A stretch of 64,000 nucleotides of DNA from Phormidium sp. (GTDB taxonomy: Bacteria; Cyanobacteriota; Cyanobacteriia; Cyanobacteriales; Aerosakkonemataceae): assembly GCA_051013385.1 (NCBI GenBank), contig CP143273.1, forward strand, positions 1,216,001 through 1,280,000. Reading direction: 5' to 3'. The first letter of the stretch is position 1. Each line of letters starts with the position of its first letter. The notes under the pieces were generated by a model that made no database searches, was not told the DNA's origin, and saw only the letters and a list, made by a program, of their open reading frames with translations. Below, in pieces: positions 1 to 9,000 of this stretch. Both the position numbers and the translations under genes were made by a program.

Positions 1-285
1 GTCGCTTTTTTCCTGAATATCGGCAGAGATTTCTGCCATAAAAATCCCTTGTTGCCAGCCATCTGGATTATCAAAATCAAAAAGATCCAATTGACGCGAA
101 GCTTCTAAAATTCTTCTTGGCCCTGCGGCTGTTCCAAAACCATAAGAAACGGTAACTTCCCAAGGAACACCAAACACAATAATATTAGCAGATTCATAAT
201 CAAAAGGAAGCCCTAATAAATTGCCGTTATCAACACCAATTCCGTTAGGATCGAAGTTTTGCAGAATTTCTTCTCTAGTAGCCAT
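1..285 (-). CDS. speB: Agmatinase/arginase-family ureohydrolase, 5' part (runs off the window edge)
   Basis: Manual translation from ATG 285: MATREEILQNFDPNGIGVDNGNLLGLPFDYESANIIVFGVPWEVTVSYGFGTAAGPRRILEASRQLDLFD, a typical agmatinase N-terminus. Confidence 0.8.
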   Translation of the reverse strand, partial: MATREEILQNFDPNGIGVDNGNLLGLPFDYESANIIVFGVPWEVTVSYGFGTAAGPRRILEASRQLDLFDFDNPDGWQQGIFMAEISADIQEKSD

Positions 286-384
286 TGGGTAATTCCTAAA
301 ATTTTCTGGTAGGTTAGCAAGAAGTGTCTCAATTAATGTTAATGTAGCGACACCTATTTATTTAACGCAAGTTGTTGGTTATAA

Positions 385-803
385 GATCCCCCTAAATCCC
401 CCTTACTAAGGGGGACTTTGAATTCCGATCCCCCTAAATCCCCCTTATTAAGGGGGACTTTGAATTCCGATCCCCCTAAATCCCCCTTAGTAAGGGGGAC
501 TTTGAATTCCGATCCCCCTAAATCCCCCTTATTAAGGGGGACTTTGAATTCCGATCCCCCTAAATCCCCCTTATTAAGGGGGACTTTGAATTCCGATCCC
601 CCTAAATCCCCCTTATTAAGGGGGACTTTGAATTCCGATCCCCCTAAATCCCCCTTAGTAAGGGGGACTTTGAATTCCGATCCCCCTAAATCCCCCTTAT
701 TAAGGGGGACTTTGAATCCAGATCCCCCTAAATCCCCCTTATTAAGGGGGACTTTGAATCCAGATCCAGTTCCCCCCTTGGTAAGGGGGGTTAGGGGGGA
801 TCT
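385..803. repeat. Tandem array of nine 42-bp palindrome-containing units (GATCCCCCTAAATCCCCCTTANTAAGGGGGACTTTGAATYCM) plus an inverted half-copy
   Basis: Units start at 385, 427, ... 721 with an exact 42-bp period; closed by CCCCCCTTGGTAAGGGGGGTTAGGGGGGATC; no unique spacers. Confidence 0.95.
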
Positions 804-879
804 AACCGAGATCTTTGTAACTAACAACTTGAGTTATTTAGCAAACAAGTACGCCGCATTTATGATAGCGAGAAACACT

Positions 880-2079
880 ATGAAATTTACTCCTTCTTTG
901 TTGACATTTTTCCTCTTGGTATTGATTTCTGGCTGTAATCAAAACCAGAAGACAACGGCAGAAGTTATCAAATCAACGCCACCGCAAACTTCCCCTAAAT
1001 CAACGCCTGTTAAATCTTATACCAAAGAAGCGAAATTAGTAGCAGTTGGCGATCTTTTAATGCACATGAGTTTAACTCGATCGGGTTACATTCCCCAACA
1101 GAAAACCTATAATTTTGATGGGTTTTTTACTGAAGTTAAGCCGATTATTTCTAGTGCGGATTGGGCGATCGCAAATGTAGAAACCACATTAGCAGGCGCA
1201 GAAATGGGTTACTCAGGATATCCGTTATTTAATGCCCCAGCACAGTTAGTAGATGCGGCGAAAAAAGCCGGATTCAATGTTTTAACAACGGCAAACAATC
1301 ACTCATTAGACAAAGGCGAAAAAGGATTAATTAACACTATTAATAATATCCGATCGCGGGGAGTTGCGTCAACAGGCACAGCGCGATCGGCTAAAGAAGC
1401 AGCCGAAATTTTAATGGTGAAAAAGAATGATATTAACATGGCGATTTTAGCTTATACTTATGGAACAAATGGTATTCCCATTCCCAAAGGTAAAGGTTAT
1501 TTAGTATCGCTAATTAACGAAGGCAAAATTATTAACGATATCGCTAGAGCCAGAAAACAGGGAGCCGATGTTGTAACTGTTGCCTTACATTTTGGCAATG
1601 AATATCAACGCCAACCTGATGCCAGACAAAAGCAATTAGTAGAAAGCTTAATTAAAGCAGGTGCAGATATCATTCTCGGTAATCATCCCCACGTTGTTCA
1701 ACCTTACCAAGTTTTTCGAGTTAAGGGTAAAGATGGAAAAATAAAAACCAGAACTGCGATTTATTCACTGGGTAATTTTATTGCAACTCAAAAAGGCAAA
1801 TACCGAAATTTGGGAGTGATATTTTCCGTGAAAGTTCGCAAGAATTTTCCGCAGAAAACTGTAGAAATTGCTGAAGTGGAAGCTTTGCCTACTGCGATCG
1901 ACAAATACACCCTAAACAACAAACTCAACTTTCGCGTTTTACCCCTCAGCGCCACCTTATCTCGCAAAGAAGTTCCATTTTTATCATCTCAAGAACGCTT
2001 GGTTTTAAAAGATCAACTTTTTGAAATGAAGAGTCATGTAAAATCAATGGGAGAGTACAAAACAATTACAGTAAAATAG
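880..2079 (+). CDS. capA: CapA family (poly-gamma-glutamate synthesis-like) metallophosphatase lipoprotein
   Basis: AVGD, ANNH, LHFG and GNHPH motifs; lipoprotein signal MKFTPSLLTFFLLVLISGC at ATG 880; the ORF extension to 418 is repeat-derived. Confidence 0.85.
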   Translation: MKFTPSLLTFFLLVLISGCNQNQKTTAEVIKSTPPQTSPKSTPVKSYTKEAKLVAVGDLLMHMSLTRSGYIPQQKTYNFDGFFTEVKPIISSADWAIANVETTLAGAEMGYSGYPLFNAPAQLVDAAKKAGFNVLTTANNHSLDKGEKGLINTINNIRSRGVASTGTARSAKEAAEILMVKKNDINMAILAYTYGTNGIPIPKGKGYLVSLINEGKIINDIARARKQGADVVTVALHFGNEYQRQPDARQKQLVESLIKAGADIILGNHPHVVQPYQVFRVKGKDGKIKTRTAIYSLGNFIATQKGKYRNLGVIFSVKVRKNFPQKTVEIAEVEALPTAIDKYTLNNKLNFRVLPLSATLSRKEVPFLSSQERLVLKDQLFEMKSHVKSMGEYKTITVK

Positions 2080-2111
2080 AACCAACCCGCCAAATTCGCC
2101 AATCAGCAATT

Positions 2112-2852
2112 ATGGTAAAACAACTACCATCCGACACCACACCCGCCATTATCTACCCCGAAAGTGATGGACAACCAATGGCAGATAATACCAAACAATT
2201 TCGCTGGATTGTCACAATTAAGGAAAATTTAGAAGTGTTATTTGCCGAAGATGCTAATGTCTTTGTTGCCGGAGATTTACTTTGGTATCCGGTTGAAGGA
2301 GATAACAAAACTCGCCAAGCTCCTGATACAATGGTTGTGTTTGGTAGACCAAAAGGAGACAGAGGTTCTTACAAACAATGGGAAGAAGATAATATTGCGC
2401 CGCAGGTAGTTTTTGAAATTTTATCGCCTGGGAATCGCCTCAAAGCAATGGCTCATAAATTGAAGTTTTACGAACGATATGGAGTAGAGGAATACTATGT
2501 TTATGAACCTGATGATGTTGAGTTGATTGGGTGGGTGCGATTCCCGCAGGGATCGCTACGCGAATCGCAAAATCAATTAGAATTAATTGACGAAATGAAT
2601 GGTTGGATTAGTCCTCGTTTAGGAGTGAAATTTCAAGTTACAACTAATAATTTGGAGATTTTTGCACCTTCAGGAGAGAGGTTTTTAACTTTTGTAGAAT
2701 TGGGACAATTGAAGGAACAAGAAAAGCAACGTGCAGAACAGGAAAAACAGCGTGCTGATGAAGCAGAAAGACAGTTGGAAGAGGAAAGATTGAAATATCA
2801 AGCTTTGCAGGAGTTGTTGCGAGAGAGGGGGATTAATTTAGAGGAGTTGTGA
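2112..2852 (+). CDS. Uma2 family endonuclease (DUF820)
   Basis: YPESDGQPMADNTKQF, APD, PQVVFEILSP, YGVEEYY; coiled-coil tail. Confidence 0.92.
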   Translation: MVKQLPSDTTPAIIYPESDGQPMADNTKQFRWIVTIKENLEVLFAEDANVFVAGDLLWYPVEGDNKTRQAPDTMVVFGRPKGDRGSYKQWEEDNIAPQVVFEILSPGNRLKAMAHKLKFYERYGVEEYYVYEPDDVELIGWVRFPQGSLRESQNQLELIDEMNGWISPRLGVKFQVTTNNLEIFAPSGERFLTFVELGQLKEQEKQRAEQEKQRADEAERQLEEERLKYQALQELLRERGINLEEL

Positions 2853-3224
2853 TTAGTTAATATATTCGATAATTAATAAACGCAGATAATTGAGGGTTTC
2901 TACATAGCGTTTGATTTGGGGATAATCAGATTCATGGGAAAAATACCAATTGGTAAAATAGGGAACATCAAAGATTTTTAATCCTTGTAAATTCTCTGCT
3001 ATTTGTTGAGGGTTTTCTAAAGTATCATTGGCGATCGCTTGCGCGGCGTATCCGCGAATATCATCGGTAAAAATTTCGATGACACCTAAAATACTAAACT
3101 CTTGTGAATCTTCCCATAATGCTATTTTGTGCCTCTCTTCTTTGGTGTGCTGATAATCAGTTAGCAGTTGTTTGGATATGCGATCGATATATTCTTTAGC
3201 AGCTTTAGTATTTTCGTTAAGCAT
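2853..3224 (-). CDS. Hypothetical protein
   Basis: 123-aa ORF with normal composition filling the gap between two genes. Confidence 0.7.
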   Translation of the reverse strand: MLNENTKAAKEYIDRISKQLLTDYQHTKEERHKIALWEDSQEFSILGVIEIFTDDIRGYAAQAIANDTLENPQQIAENLQGLKIFDVPYFTNWYFSHESDYPQIKRYVETLNYLRLLIIEYIN

Positions 3225-3244
3225 ATATTAAGCAGAGGAGTACA

Positions 3245-3583
3245 ATGGATAAATTAAAGCATTATCGGCAAATCATTCAACAAGTTTTAACAGAATATCA
3301 CCAACTCAATGAAAAATCTGGTTCTCCAACTGAAAGTGTTTTAGCTTTTGATGAGGTACACGATCAGTACCTTTTATTGTTGATGGGGTGGCACAAAGAT
3401 GAACGGATTAAGAATGTGATGATTCATATCCGTTTAAAAAATAACAAAATTTGGATTGAGGAAGATTGGACAGAGGATGGCGTGGCGACAGATTTGTTGC
3501 AGAAAGGGATTGGAAGAGAGGAGATTGTTTTAGCTTTTCATCCACCTCATCTTAGACAATATACTGAATTTGCGATCGCGTAG
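3245..3583 (+). CDS. xisI: XisI family protein
   Basis: MDKLKHYRQII...FDEVHDQY...KIWIEEDWTEDGVATDL...IVLAFHPP; GAGGAG RBS. Confidence 0.92.
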   Translation: MDKLKHYRQIIQQVLTEYHQLNEKSGSPTESVLAFDEVHDQYLLLLMGWHKDERIKNVMIHIRLKNNKIWIEEDWTEDGVATDLLQKGIGREEIVLAFHPPHLRQYTEFAIA

Positions 3584-3761
3584 CGACTCGATTTTTCAAA
3601 CTACTAAGTAGGGGAATGGGCGATCGCATTTTTTGTGGTTGGGGGGAGTGCGATCGCTACAATGATATAGCAAGCAACAATTTTCAAATGCAAAGATAAC
3701 CGTTGAAAAAACAAGTATCAACCAATAGTGTGCCATCCATTATCCAACCTCTGATGTAAAC

Positions 3762-3851
3762 TTATGCTGTAAAGAAGTGATAGAAAAAAACAACGATGAA
3801 GAAGATAATAAATGCTAACACTATAACAGGTAAAACAGCTTTAGGTTTCAT
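3762..3851 (-). CDS. Putative 29-aa single-transmembrane peptide MKPKAVLPVIVLAFIIFFIVVFFYHFFTA
   Basis: Manual translation, ATG 3851 to TAA 3762; basic N-terminus then a hydrophobic helix; below the ORF-track cutoff; weak RBS. Confidence 0.45.
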   Translation of the reverse strand: MKPKAVLPVIVLAFIIFFIVVFFYHFFTA

Positions 3852-3932
3852 AAAATTCTTAACAGTAGGTTTTAAATAAAGCTATTGACAAAACTTACAA
3901 CAGTAAAAGCCAGTGTTTATTTAGTTGTAGAA

Positions 3933-3996
3933 ACCTATCCAAAAACAAGAGTAGTTTCCAGTTGCAATAACCATTTTGGGAGGTTTTTGGATAGGT
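3933..3996 (-). terminator. Perfect 14-bp stem hairpin downstream of the 72-aa gene
   Basis: ACCTATCCAAAAAC (3933-3946) / GTTTTTGGATAGGT (3983-3996), 36-nt loop. Confidence 0.6.
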
Positions 3997-4007
3997 ACTA
4001 AGGAAAG

Positions 4008-4226
4008 CTATGTGTACATATTACGCATAGCTTCTAAGCGAGCCTCTTGCACTTTATCTTTTCCTACCTCACGAATCACCTCTGTAAGTCTGTGATTTGC
4101 TCTATGACAAGCTTGTTCGTGTGTCATACCTTTGTTTCGTGATCCGGCGTAGGTTCCTGTCCAAGCTGCTGCGCTACCGACGGCAATGGTAGTTACAGTA
4201 ATTACGGGGTCTGTACCATGACTCAT
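4008..4226 (-). CDS. Small hypothetical protein (72 aa) with a Thr/Ala/Gly-rich N-terminal segment
   Basis: Strong RBS AAAGGAG before the ATG; divergent from an HTH gene. Confidence 0.75.
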   Translation of the reverse strand: MSHGTDPVITVTTIAVGSAAAWTGTYAGSRNKGMTHEQACHRANHRLTEVIREVGKDKVQEARLEAMRNMYT

Positions 4227-4278
4227 GTCTTTCTCCTTTAGTTGCTTATATTCTCGGTTAAACTGGATCTAACCTAAA

Positions 4279-4380
4279 CTAGAAAAAGTAAAATTGGACA
4301 TATCTTAAGCTAGAAGAATCTAGGTTGTCACCAAGCCAGCACTAGAAATAGAATAGGATTAAGTTAGGAACTTTTCTAGG
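4279..4380. promoter_or_regulatory. Helically phased (C/T/A)TAG(A/G) motif array, putative operator
   Basis: Motifs at 4310, 4320, (4332 CAAG), 4342, 4353, 4364, 4376, spaced 10-12 bp; another copy at 4279. Confidence 0.5.
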
Positions 4381-4391
4381 GAATTCACCTT

Positions 4392-4895
4392 ATGGCACCT
4401 GTACACGATCCGTTTTCAGAAGCAGCGATTAACTGGAATTTAGAAAGGTTGTATAAAGACCTTAGTTCTGCTAAAGGAAAACCCCTAACACCTGTTGAAG
4501 AACTACGTCTACGCGGTTTACTATGTGGTTATAGTCCAGCTGAGATTGCGGAAAAACTGGATAAAGATATAAAGGGAGTTGGAGTAGACTTTAGTAAGAC
4601 AATATACAATTACGTTAAAACGCTTCTTGGCAAAAATAGTGATGAAAAAATAGATAACTGGAGAAATATTACACAATGGTTGGAAGAAGCAGGGTATAGA
4701 ACTCAGGTAGCTTCTGAATATCAGTTAAATGATGGAGTATCTTTGAAGATTTTAGTTAAACAGGCTAATATAACTCTAGAAAAAAATCAATTAATTCTTG
4801 ATATTAATCTCAGGATAGTAACTCCTGCAACTTCAGATTCCACAATATTTCAAGATATACAAGTACAAGGCCAAGAAACCAACGGGAAAGAATAA
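4392..4895 (+). CDS. HTH-domain protein (stand-alone version of the HTH found N-terminal to cyanobacterial STAND proteins)
   Basis: PFSEAAINWNLERLYKDL...LRGLLCGYSPAEIAEKL aligns by eye to the N-terminus of 10878-13319. Confidence 0.8.
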   Translation: MAPVHDPFSEAAINWNLERLYKDLSSAKGKPLTPVEELRLRGLLCGYSPAEIAEKLDKDIKGVGVDFSKTIYNYVKTLLGKNSDEKIDNWRNITQWLEEAGYRTQVASEYQLNDGVSLKILVKQANITLEKNQLILDINLRIVTPATSDSTIFQDIQVQGQETNGKE

Positions 4896-4923
4896 AATTG
4901 CACATTAGATGAGGAATTAAATT

Positions 4924-5115
4924 ATGCTAGATCCGAAAGAGTGTGGCGAAATTCTCAGAAAACATTTTGCAGAAGTTACGCCTGAACAGTTTTTGGAAAA
5001 TCTGAAAAAATACTGCCCGGAAGTTTTCGAGGATGATATTGTTGATTCTTCCACATCCGAATCAGAGACAAATGAATCAAAAGATGAATTGGAAGAGAAG
5101 GGAGCAACGGCATAG
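4924..5115 (+). CDS. Small acidic hypothetical protein (63 aa)
   Basis: GAGGA RBS; 28 nt after the HTH gene, probably co-transcribed. Confidence 0.65.
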   Translation: MLDPKECGEILRKHFAEVTPEQFLENLKKYCPEVFEDDIVDSSTSESETNESKDELEEKGATA

Positions 5116-5214
5116 GAATAAGAGTTAGGTGGAAATATTTATGTTTTTGGTGTGAGGTGCGATACGTGCTAGGCAAACGCTACGCGATCGCATTAAAATA
5201 ATATGTGGCACTAA

Positions 5215-5285
5215 TTAGTCCTCTTCAGAGGACTTAAGCTATTAGCCTGGGAATTGATTCCCAGGCGGGTCATGCAACTTGTACC
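5215..5285. repeat. REP-like double hairpin, partial copy of the element at 14780-14959
   Basis: AGTCCTCTTCAGAGGACT and CCTGGGAATTGATTCCCAGG palindromes shared with 14883-14934. Confidence 0.75.
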
Positions 5286-5306
5286 AAATTTCAATAAAAA
5301 TAATCC

Positions 5307-5540
5307 TCAATTAAGAAACTCAATTCCTCTCAAATTACCTGCTTCTTTTTGTAAACCTTTCAGCATTCGAGATTCTCCAACCCACTCATCAAACTCCATA
5401 TCTAATCGATGTTGAAGTTCATCATTCTCAAAGCGCCGCAGAAATTCTTCTGTAGACATCTGATATTTTGCTTCAAATTCTTGAATTCGTTCTTCTGTTC
5501 GACGGATACCAGCTTCTAGCGATCGCAATTTCTCGACCAT
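5307..5540 (-). CDS. Small antitoxin-like hypothetical protein, possibly N-terminally truncated and orphan
   Basis: LEAGIRRTEERIQEFEAKYQMSTEEF...FDEWVGE resembles proteins I recall upstream of DUF6516 toxins; no toxin partner adjacent. Confidence 0.5.
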   Translation of the reverse strand: MVEKLRSLEAGIRRTEERIQEFEAKYQMSTEEFLRRFENDELQHRLDMEFDEWVGESRMLKGLQKEAGNLRGIEFLN

Positions 5541-5634
5541 CTCTTCTTCTATAAGTATCTTTAACGAATATCGATAAAGTGCTAAAATTACGCTAGTATA
5601 TCAAACTAGCATAGGGAAATTTAGGAGAATTGCG

Positions 5635-6012
5635 ATGGAACTGGATAAAATTATCAAAAAAGTGACGGGGTTGTATTTAGGTTCTGCGATCGTGGCGGTA
5701 GCTGTTGCTATTGCAACTTTGGGAGAATCTTTTGTCATACTTCTTGGCATAGGTGTGTTCGGTTTGGTAACGCTTTTAGGCGATGCGATCGCAGAATATG
5801 GCGTTGACGCAGTACTGATTGCCATCTACATAGAACGTAGCAAAAAAGAATCTCTGGAGTCTCTGACTAAAGAAATCGAAGGTTTATTGATTACAGAACC
5901 CCTAAAGCTTAAACTGAAAAACGTACTAATCGCAAACAATATGATCAACAATACTGAAACTCAAAATGGAACTAAAGTGGAAAAAACTAGGACAGTTATA
6001 ATCGAGAATTAA
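5635..6012 (+). CDS. Hypothetical membrane protein (2 hydrophobic segments)
   Basis: AGGAG RBS; hydrophobic N-half and charged helical C-half. Confidence 0.75.
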   Translation: MELDKIIKKVTGLYLGSAIVAVAVAIATLGESFVILLGIGVFGLVTLLGDAIAEYGVDAVLIAIYIERSKKESLESLTKEIEGLLITEPLKLKLKNVLIANNMINNTETQNGTKVEKTRTVIIEN

Positions 6013-6058
6013 TATCGAATCCCAAAAGATAATACTACGACTGGATATCATAAGAAAA

Positions 6059-6090
6059 GAAACCCGGTTTCTTGAAGAAACCGGGTTTCT
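6059..6090. repeat. REP-like palindrome AAACCCGGTTTCTTGAAGAAACCGGGTTT (other copies near 37920-37990, 39296-39328, 43112-43178)
   Basis: Perfect inverted repeat between convergent genes, repeated across the window. Confidence 0.85.
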
Positions 6091-6097
6091 GGAATCA

Positions 6098-9000
6098 CTA
6101 AGCAGTGAAGTATTTCGCAACAGGATGATAAGTAATAATCGCCGTTGTAGACTGTTCAGGATAAAGCTGTTCGCTTTCATCCATAAACAGATTAATTCGT
6201 TCAGTTCCTAACAACTCCAACTGCTTATATTGATCCTGCATATTCGGACAAGCAGGATAACCAAAACTGTAACGAGAACCGCGATATCTTTGCGCCAAAA
6301 TATCACGAATATTATCCGGTTCTTCCCCAGCAAAACCTAACTCCCGGCGAATTCTGGCGTGTACCCATTCCGCCAAAGCTTCCGCAGTTTGCACCGCCAA
6401 ACCATGAAAATACAAATAATCAGTATATTGATTATCTGCAAACAACTTTTGGGCAAACTCCGTCGCAACATTCCCCACAGTCACCGCCTGCATCGGAAAC
6501 ACATCAACCTTCCCACCTTCCACAGGCGCAAAGAAATCAGCAATACACAAACGCCGCCCAGATTTCTGACGCGGAAAATCAAAAGTTGCGATGGGAACCC
6601 CACCCCAACCCTCCCCGTTCACAGGGAGGGAGTTTTCTTGTTCCCCCCTGTTGACGGGGGGGTTAGGGGGGGTAGCCCAATCATAAACTAACAAAGAATT
6701 CCCCTGACTTTGACAAGGGAAATAACCATAAATCAGCTGCGGATGCAACAAATTCTCCTCAACAACTCGCCGCTTCCAATATTCCAAAATCGGGTAAACC
6801 TTTTCATCCAAAAACTGGTCATATTCTTCCCGTGACTGTTCCTTTGGTTTGCGGAATTGCCATTGCCCAGCAATCAAAGCTTGCAAATCCAAATACCCAA
6901 AAACCTCCTCTATTGGTATCTCTTCCGACAGCAAAAGTTGCGTACCCCAAAAAGGCGGAGTCGGACGTTCAATATCAACAGCAACCGCCTCAGAACGCCT
7001 AGTATCAACCTCTTTTACTTCCTCAGATCCAACCTTACCATTAGACTTAGCAGACTTCCCTTCTCTTGTAGGGTGTTCTCTTGTGGGGTAGGCATCCTGC
7101 CTGCCATCTCCCTCATCCAAAAATCCCTTCAAATCATCCCAATTTCCCGCAACTTTCGCAGGCATTAACTTATCCATAAAATGCAAATCCGCAAACGCAT
7201 CCTTGCCGTAAATCACCTTACCTTTGTAAGTATTCTGACAATCTTCATGGACAAACTTCGGAGTTAACGCCGCACCACCTAAAATTACCGGAACTGTGAT
7301 TCCCTTTTCGTTGAAAACCTCCAAATTCTCCTTCATAAAAGCAGTAGATTTTACCAATAAACCACTCATAGCAATGCAATCTGCTTTATGCTGTTCGTAA
7401 GCATCAATGATGTTATCAACTGGTTGCTTAATTCCCAAATTAACCACTTTGTAACCATTATTAGAAAGGATGATATCAACGAGGTTTTTTCCAATATCGT
7501 GAACATCACCTTTCACAGTAGCAATTACCACAGTTCCCTTAGAATTATTGCCAGATTCTTGCTTTTCCATGAAAGGTTCTAAGTAAGCAACTGCTGCTTT
7601 CATTGTTTCCGCAGATTGCAATACGAAAGGTAATTGCATTTGTCCAGAACCAAATAACTCACCGACAACTTTCATGCCATCTAATAAGAAAGTGTTGATG
7701 ATTTCCAAAGGTTTATATTGTTCTAATGCTTTAGCTAAAGCATCTTCTAAACCAATACGTTCGCCGTCGATAATGTGACGTTTCAAACGTTCTTCAACCG
7801 GGAGATTGGCATCCTCAGATCGATCGCGCTTAGTAGTCTTGCCTTCAAACAATGTAGTTAACACCGTCAAAGGATCGTAAACACAAACATCCCCAGCAAA
7901 TTCCCGTTGATTATAAATCAATTTCCGGCAAACTTCTTGATGTTCCGGTTCAATTTTTGCCAAGGGTAAAATCTTACTGGCGCTAACAATTGCCGCATCC
8001 ATTCCCACCGCCATTGCTTCATGCAAAAACATGGAATTGAGCACAACTCTCGCCGCCGGATTTAAACCGAAAGAAACATTAGAAACACCTAAAAGAACAT
8101 GACAACCGGGCAATTCTTCCCGAATGCGACGAATAGATTCAATTGTCGCTTTACCGTTTTCTCGATCTTCTTCAATCCCGGTAGAAATTGGCAATGCTAA
8201 AGTGTCGAAAAAGATTTCTTCCGGTGGGATACCATATTCTACAGCTTGACGATAGGCACGTTGAGCAATTTGGAATTTCTTATCAGCAGTTCGCGCCATT
8301 CCTTCTTCATCAATTGTTCCAATTACTACTCCCGCACCATACTTTTTCGCTAACTCTAAAACCTTAAAGAAACGTTCTTCGCCATCTTCATAGTTAGTCG
8401 AATTAAGTATACATTTACCCCCGGCAACTTTCAGCCCCGCCTCCATTTTTTCCCATTCGGTCGAATCCAACATCAAAGGCAAAGTCACATTTGTTACTAG
8501 CCTTGATGCCAATTCCCGCATATCCCGCACACCATCCCGACCCACGTAATCCACGTTTACATCGAGGACGTGCGCCCCTTCCCGGACTTGGGCTTTCGCC
8601 AAAGCGACCAACCCATCCCAATCTTCAGCGTTCAGCAAGTCACGGCATTTCTTAGAACCGCTAGCATTGAGGCGTTCGCCAACAATCAAAAATGAGTTAT
8701 CTTGCTCGTAAGGTTGTGCAGTATAAATTGATGCTGCGGAATGTTCATAACTAAAATGACGTTGCTTTGGTTGCAGAGTTTGACCAATTTCTGCCAACTG
8801 TGCAATGTGCTCAGGGCGAGTACCGCAACAACCACCAATGACTTGCACACCCCAATCTTCGATAAACTTCATCAACGCCATGCGTAATTCGATCGGCGTA
8901 AGTTTATAATGTGCATGACCGCCAATATTTTCCGGCAACCCGGCGTTAGGAATGCAAGAAACCACGAAGGGCGAACTTTGACAAAGATATTTGATATGTT

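Noticed and set aside
385..762. CRISPR array
   Set aside because: Inter-hairpin segments are near-identical rather than unique spacers, and there are no cas genes in the window
354..879. 157-aa minus-strand ORF and the N-terminal extension of capA to 418
   Set aside because: Both are products of the stop-free 42-bp repeat; the lipoprotein signal peptide starts at 880
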